Shown here: in pieces, positions 58,776 through 60,693 of the stretch
Position numbering within the stretch: the stretch's first letter is position 1
Layout: each line of letters starts with the position of its first letter
Assembly (NCBI GenBank): GCA_030158535.1
Contig: JAOASV010000130.1
Span: 1 to 60,693 of the forward strand
Length of the DNA: 60,693 bases
From: Sediminibacterium sp.
GTDB taxonomy: Bacteria > Bacteroidota > Bacteroidia > Chitinophagales > Chitinophagaceae
Direction of reading: 5' to 3'
Made by a program: the position numbers and the translations under genes
The notes under the pieces: generated by a model
Told to the model about the DNA's origin: nothing
Database searches by the model: none
Seen by the model: the letters and a program-made list of their open reading frames with translations, nothing else

Positions 58776-60693
58776 TTATGCAATTTCTTCTACGGCTTTG
58801 ATATGCTTTCCTGATATAAATATATATACAGCTGGCACTACAAACAATGTTAAAAATAAGCTGAAGAAAATACCGCCTACAATCACAATACCAAGTGGCA
58901 TACGGCTCGTTGCCGCAGCACCTAAACTTAGCGCAATAGGTAACGCACCAAGTGCAGTTGCTAAACTGGTCATTAAAATTGGACGCAAACGTTGTGAAGC
59001 GGCTTCTAACACGGCTTCTTTTTTTGCTAACCCTTCTACTCTTTTGTTATTGGCGAATTCTACAATTAGGATACCGTTTTTGGTTACTAGACCAATAAGC
59101 ATGATCATACCAATTTGAGAAAATATATTCAGCGTTTGATCAAACATCCATAAACTAATAAGTGCACCTGCGATAGCAAGTGGAACCGTAATCATAATTA
59201 TAAATGGATCTTTAAAGCTTTCAAATTGACCAGCAAGAACCAAGTAGATTAGTAAGAGTGCCAATAAAAATGCAAATGTGGTATTGGAAGAACTCTCTTT
59301 AAAATCGCGAGAAGGTCCACCATACGCTATATGAAAACTTTCATCTAGCAATCGTTTAGATATCTCATCCATCGCTTTAACGCCATCACCAATGGTTTTA
59401 CCTTCTGCAAGAGAAGCACTAATGGTAGCAGATCTAAAACGGTTGTAGTGGTATAGTGTTGGCGGATTAGAACTTTCTTTCAAATCCACTACCGCAGAAA
59501 GAGGAATCATTTCGCCACGGTTATTGCGCACATATAAACTTAAAATATCGCTAGGCGTTTGTCGATCATTTAATGACACTTGAGAAATTACATCGTACTG
59601 TTTGCCTTTCATGGTAAAATACGCAAGTCTTCTACCACTAAAGGAACTAGACACAACATCTGCAACATCAGTAATTGACAACCCTAGGTCTTTTGCTTTT
59701 ATCCTGTCTATAGTTAATAGTAATTCAGGCTTACTAAACTTTAAATTTACATCTACGTTTTGAAAGGTTTTATCTTTTCTTGCTTCGTCTAAAAACTTTG
59801 GAATAATCGCTTTTATTTTTTCAAACTCCAAATTTTGCAAAATGAGTTGAACCGGAAGCGCACCCCTAGAACCAAGTCCTACAGAAATAGTTTGCTCTTC
59901 TACCGGAAAAATTCTTGCATTGTTAAACTGAGGTAATTTTTTAGTAACCGCTTTTACAATATCACTTTGAGATCTTTTACGGTCTTCAGGATCTACCAAT
60001 GCAATTCTTGCAGTACCACCATTTACACCACCGTTTCCACTAAATCCTGGGATAGACGCAAACACAAATGATTTTTCAGGAATAGAATCTGATAGATAAT
60101 CAGTTAACCCTTTTGCAACATCATCCATATAATCAAAAGAAGCTCCTTCCGGGCCCGTCATTTGAAAACGAATACTACTTCTATCTTCAAGCGGCGCAAG
60201 TTCCGATGGCAAATTATTGCCTACAAAATAAATAGCACCCAAACAGGCTACTACAATAACCCAGGCTATCCATCTTACCCTTACAAAAGCAGCTAGTAAA
60301 CGCTTGTAACCATTTTCCATGCCTCTAAAGAAAGGCTCTGTTTGCTCATAAAACTTGCCATGCCCTGCACCTTTTTTAGTTAAGACTACATTTAATACAG
60401 GCGTAATGGTTAATGAAACAAAGGCTGATATTAATACAGCAGCCGCTACCGTAATTCCAAACTCTCTAAATAAACTTCCCACAAAACCTTGTAAGAAAAT
60501 TACAGGTAAAAACACAACAGCAAGTGTAATAGAGGTAGAAATAACAGCGAAAAATATTTCTTTACTTCCTTCTAGTGCAGCTCTTCTAATGGGTAATCCA
60601 AGTTCTAGTTTTCTAAATATATTTTCGGTGACCACAATTCCATCATCCACCACGAGTCCAGTCGCTAGCACAATACCTAGTAACGTCAATACA
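58776..60693 (-). CDS. RND efflux permease (5' part outside the window)
   Basis: GLVVDDGIVVTENI, GLVTKNGILIVEFAN, RLRPILMT; open to the window edge. Confidence 0.93.
   Translation of the reverse strand, partial: VLTLLGIVLATGLVVDDGIVVTENIFRKLELGLPIRRAALEGSKEIFFAVISTSITLAVVFLPVIFLQGFVGSLFREFGITVAAAVLISAFVSLTITPVLNVVLTKKGAGHGKFYEQTEPFFRGMENGYKRLLAAFVRVRWIAWVIVVACLGAIYFVGNNLPSELAPLEDRSSIRFQMTGPEGASFDYMDDVAKGLTDYLSDSIPEKSFVFASIPGFSGNGGVNGGTARIALVDPEDRKRSQSDIVKAVTKKLPQFNNARIFPVEEQTISVGLGSRGALPVQLILQNLEFEKIKAIIPKFLDEARKDKTFQNVDVNLKFSKPELLLTIDRIKAKDLGLSITDVADVVSSSFSGRRLAYFTMKGKQYDVISQVSLNDRQTPSDILSLYVRNNRGEMIPLSAVVDLKESSNPPTLYHYNRFRSATISASLAEGKTIGDGVKAMDEISKRLLDESFHIAYGGPSRDFKESSSNTTFAFLLALLLIYLVLAGQFESFKDPFIIMITVPLAIAGALISLWMFDQTLNIFSQIGMIMLIGLVTKNGILIVEFANNKRVEGLAKKEAVLEAASQRLRPILMTSLATALGALPIALSLGAAATSRMPLGIVIVGGIFFSLFLTLFVVPAVYIFISGKHIKAVEEIA

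Noticed and set aside
1-60693. CRISPR array, IS/prophage, tRNA/rRNA or anti-phage defence island
   Set aside because: No regularly spaced direct repeats, no transposase, integrase or phage ORFs, no cloverleaf or rRNA-like tract; intergenic gaps are all under ~200 nt and gene content is housekeeping

Overview
Gene-dense, AT-rich, mostly core-genome segment of a Bacteroidota chromosome. The lineage is inferred from gldC, the porG-uppS-bamA-skp-skp block, TAnnTTTG -7 promoters and the absence of Shine-Dalgarno motifs. The protein style suggests Chitinophagaceae, possibly a compact Sediminibacterium-like genome (inference). I found no mobile elements, CRISPR arrays, tRNA or rRNA genes. Main blocks: (1) a TetR-controlled TolC/MFP/RND efflux operon with a visible operator palindrome; (2) phospholipid genes psd and cdsA, plus dusB; (3) a ~10 kb cluster resembling the oxidation/elimination/hydration (3-keto-glycoside) sugar pathway; (4) tadA, sodA and rpmH-rnpA-yidD; (5) an outer-membrane biogenesis block with a second Omp85 protein; (6) rsfS-ftsH-LUD-lpxH-mscS; (7) birA-selD, feoB, bcp, carB, a transketolase half, pdxH and a partial second RND pump. 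Most unusual: a cleanly half-length CarB (548 aa) ending at a domain boundary, a MerR-like protein with an N-terminal QLDLF beta-clamp-binding motif, a 3-keto-glycoside cluster lacking its GMC flavoprotein, an orphan selD, a small exported Cys/Lys-rich protein and several apparently leaderless genes. None can be called a proven new system from the sequence alone. All family calls are by motif recognition, not database search.
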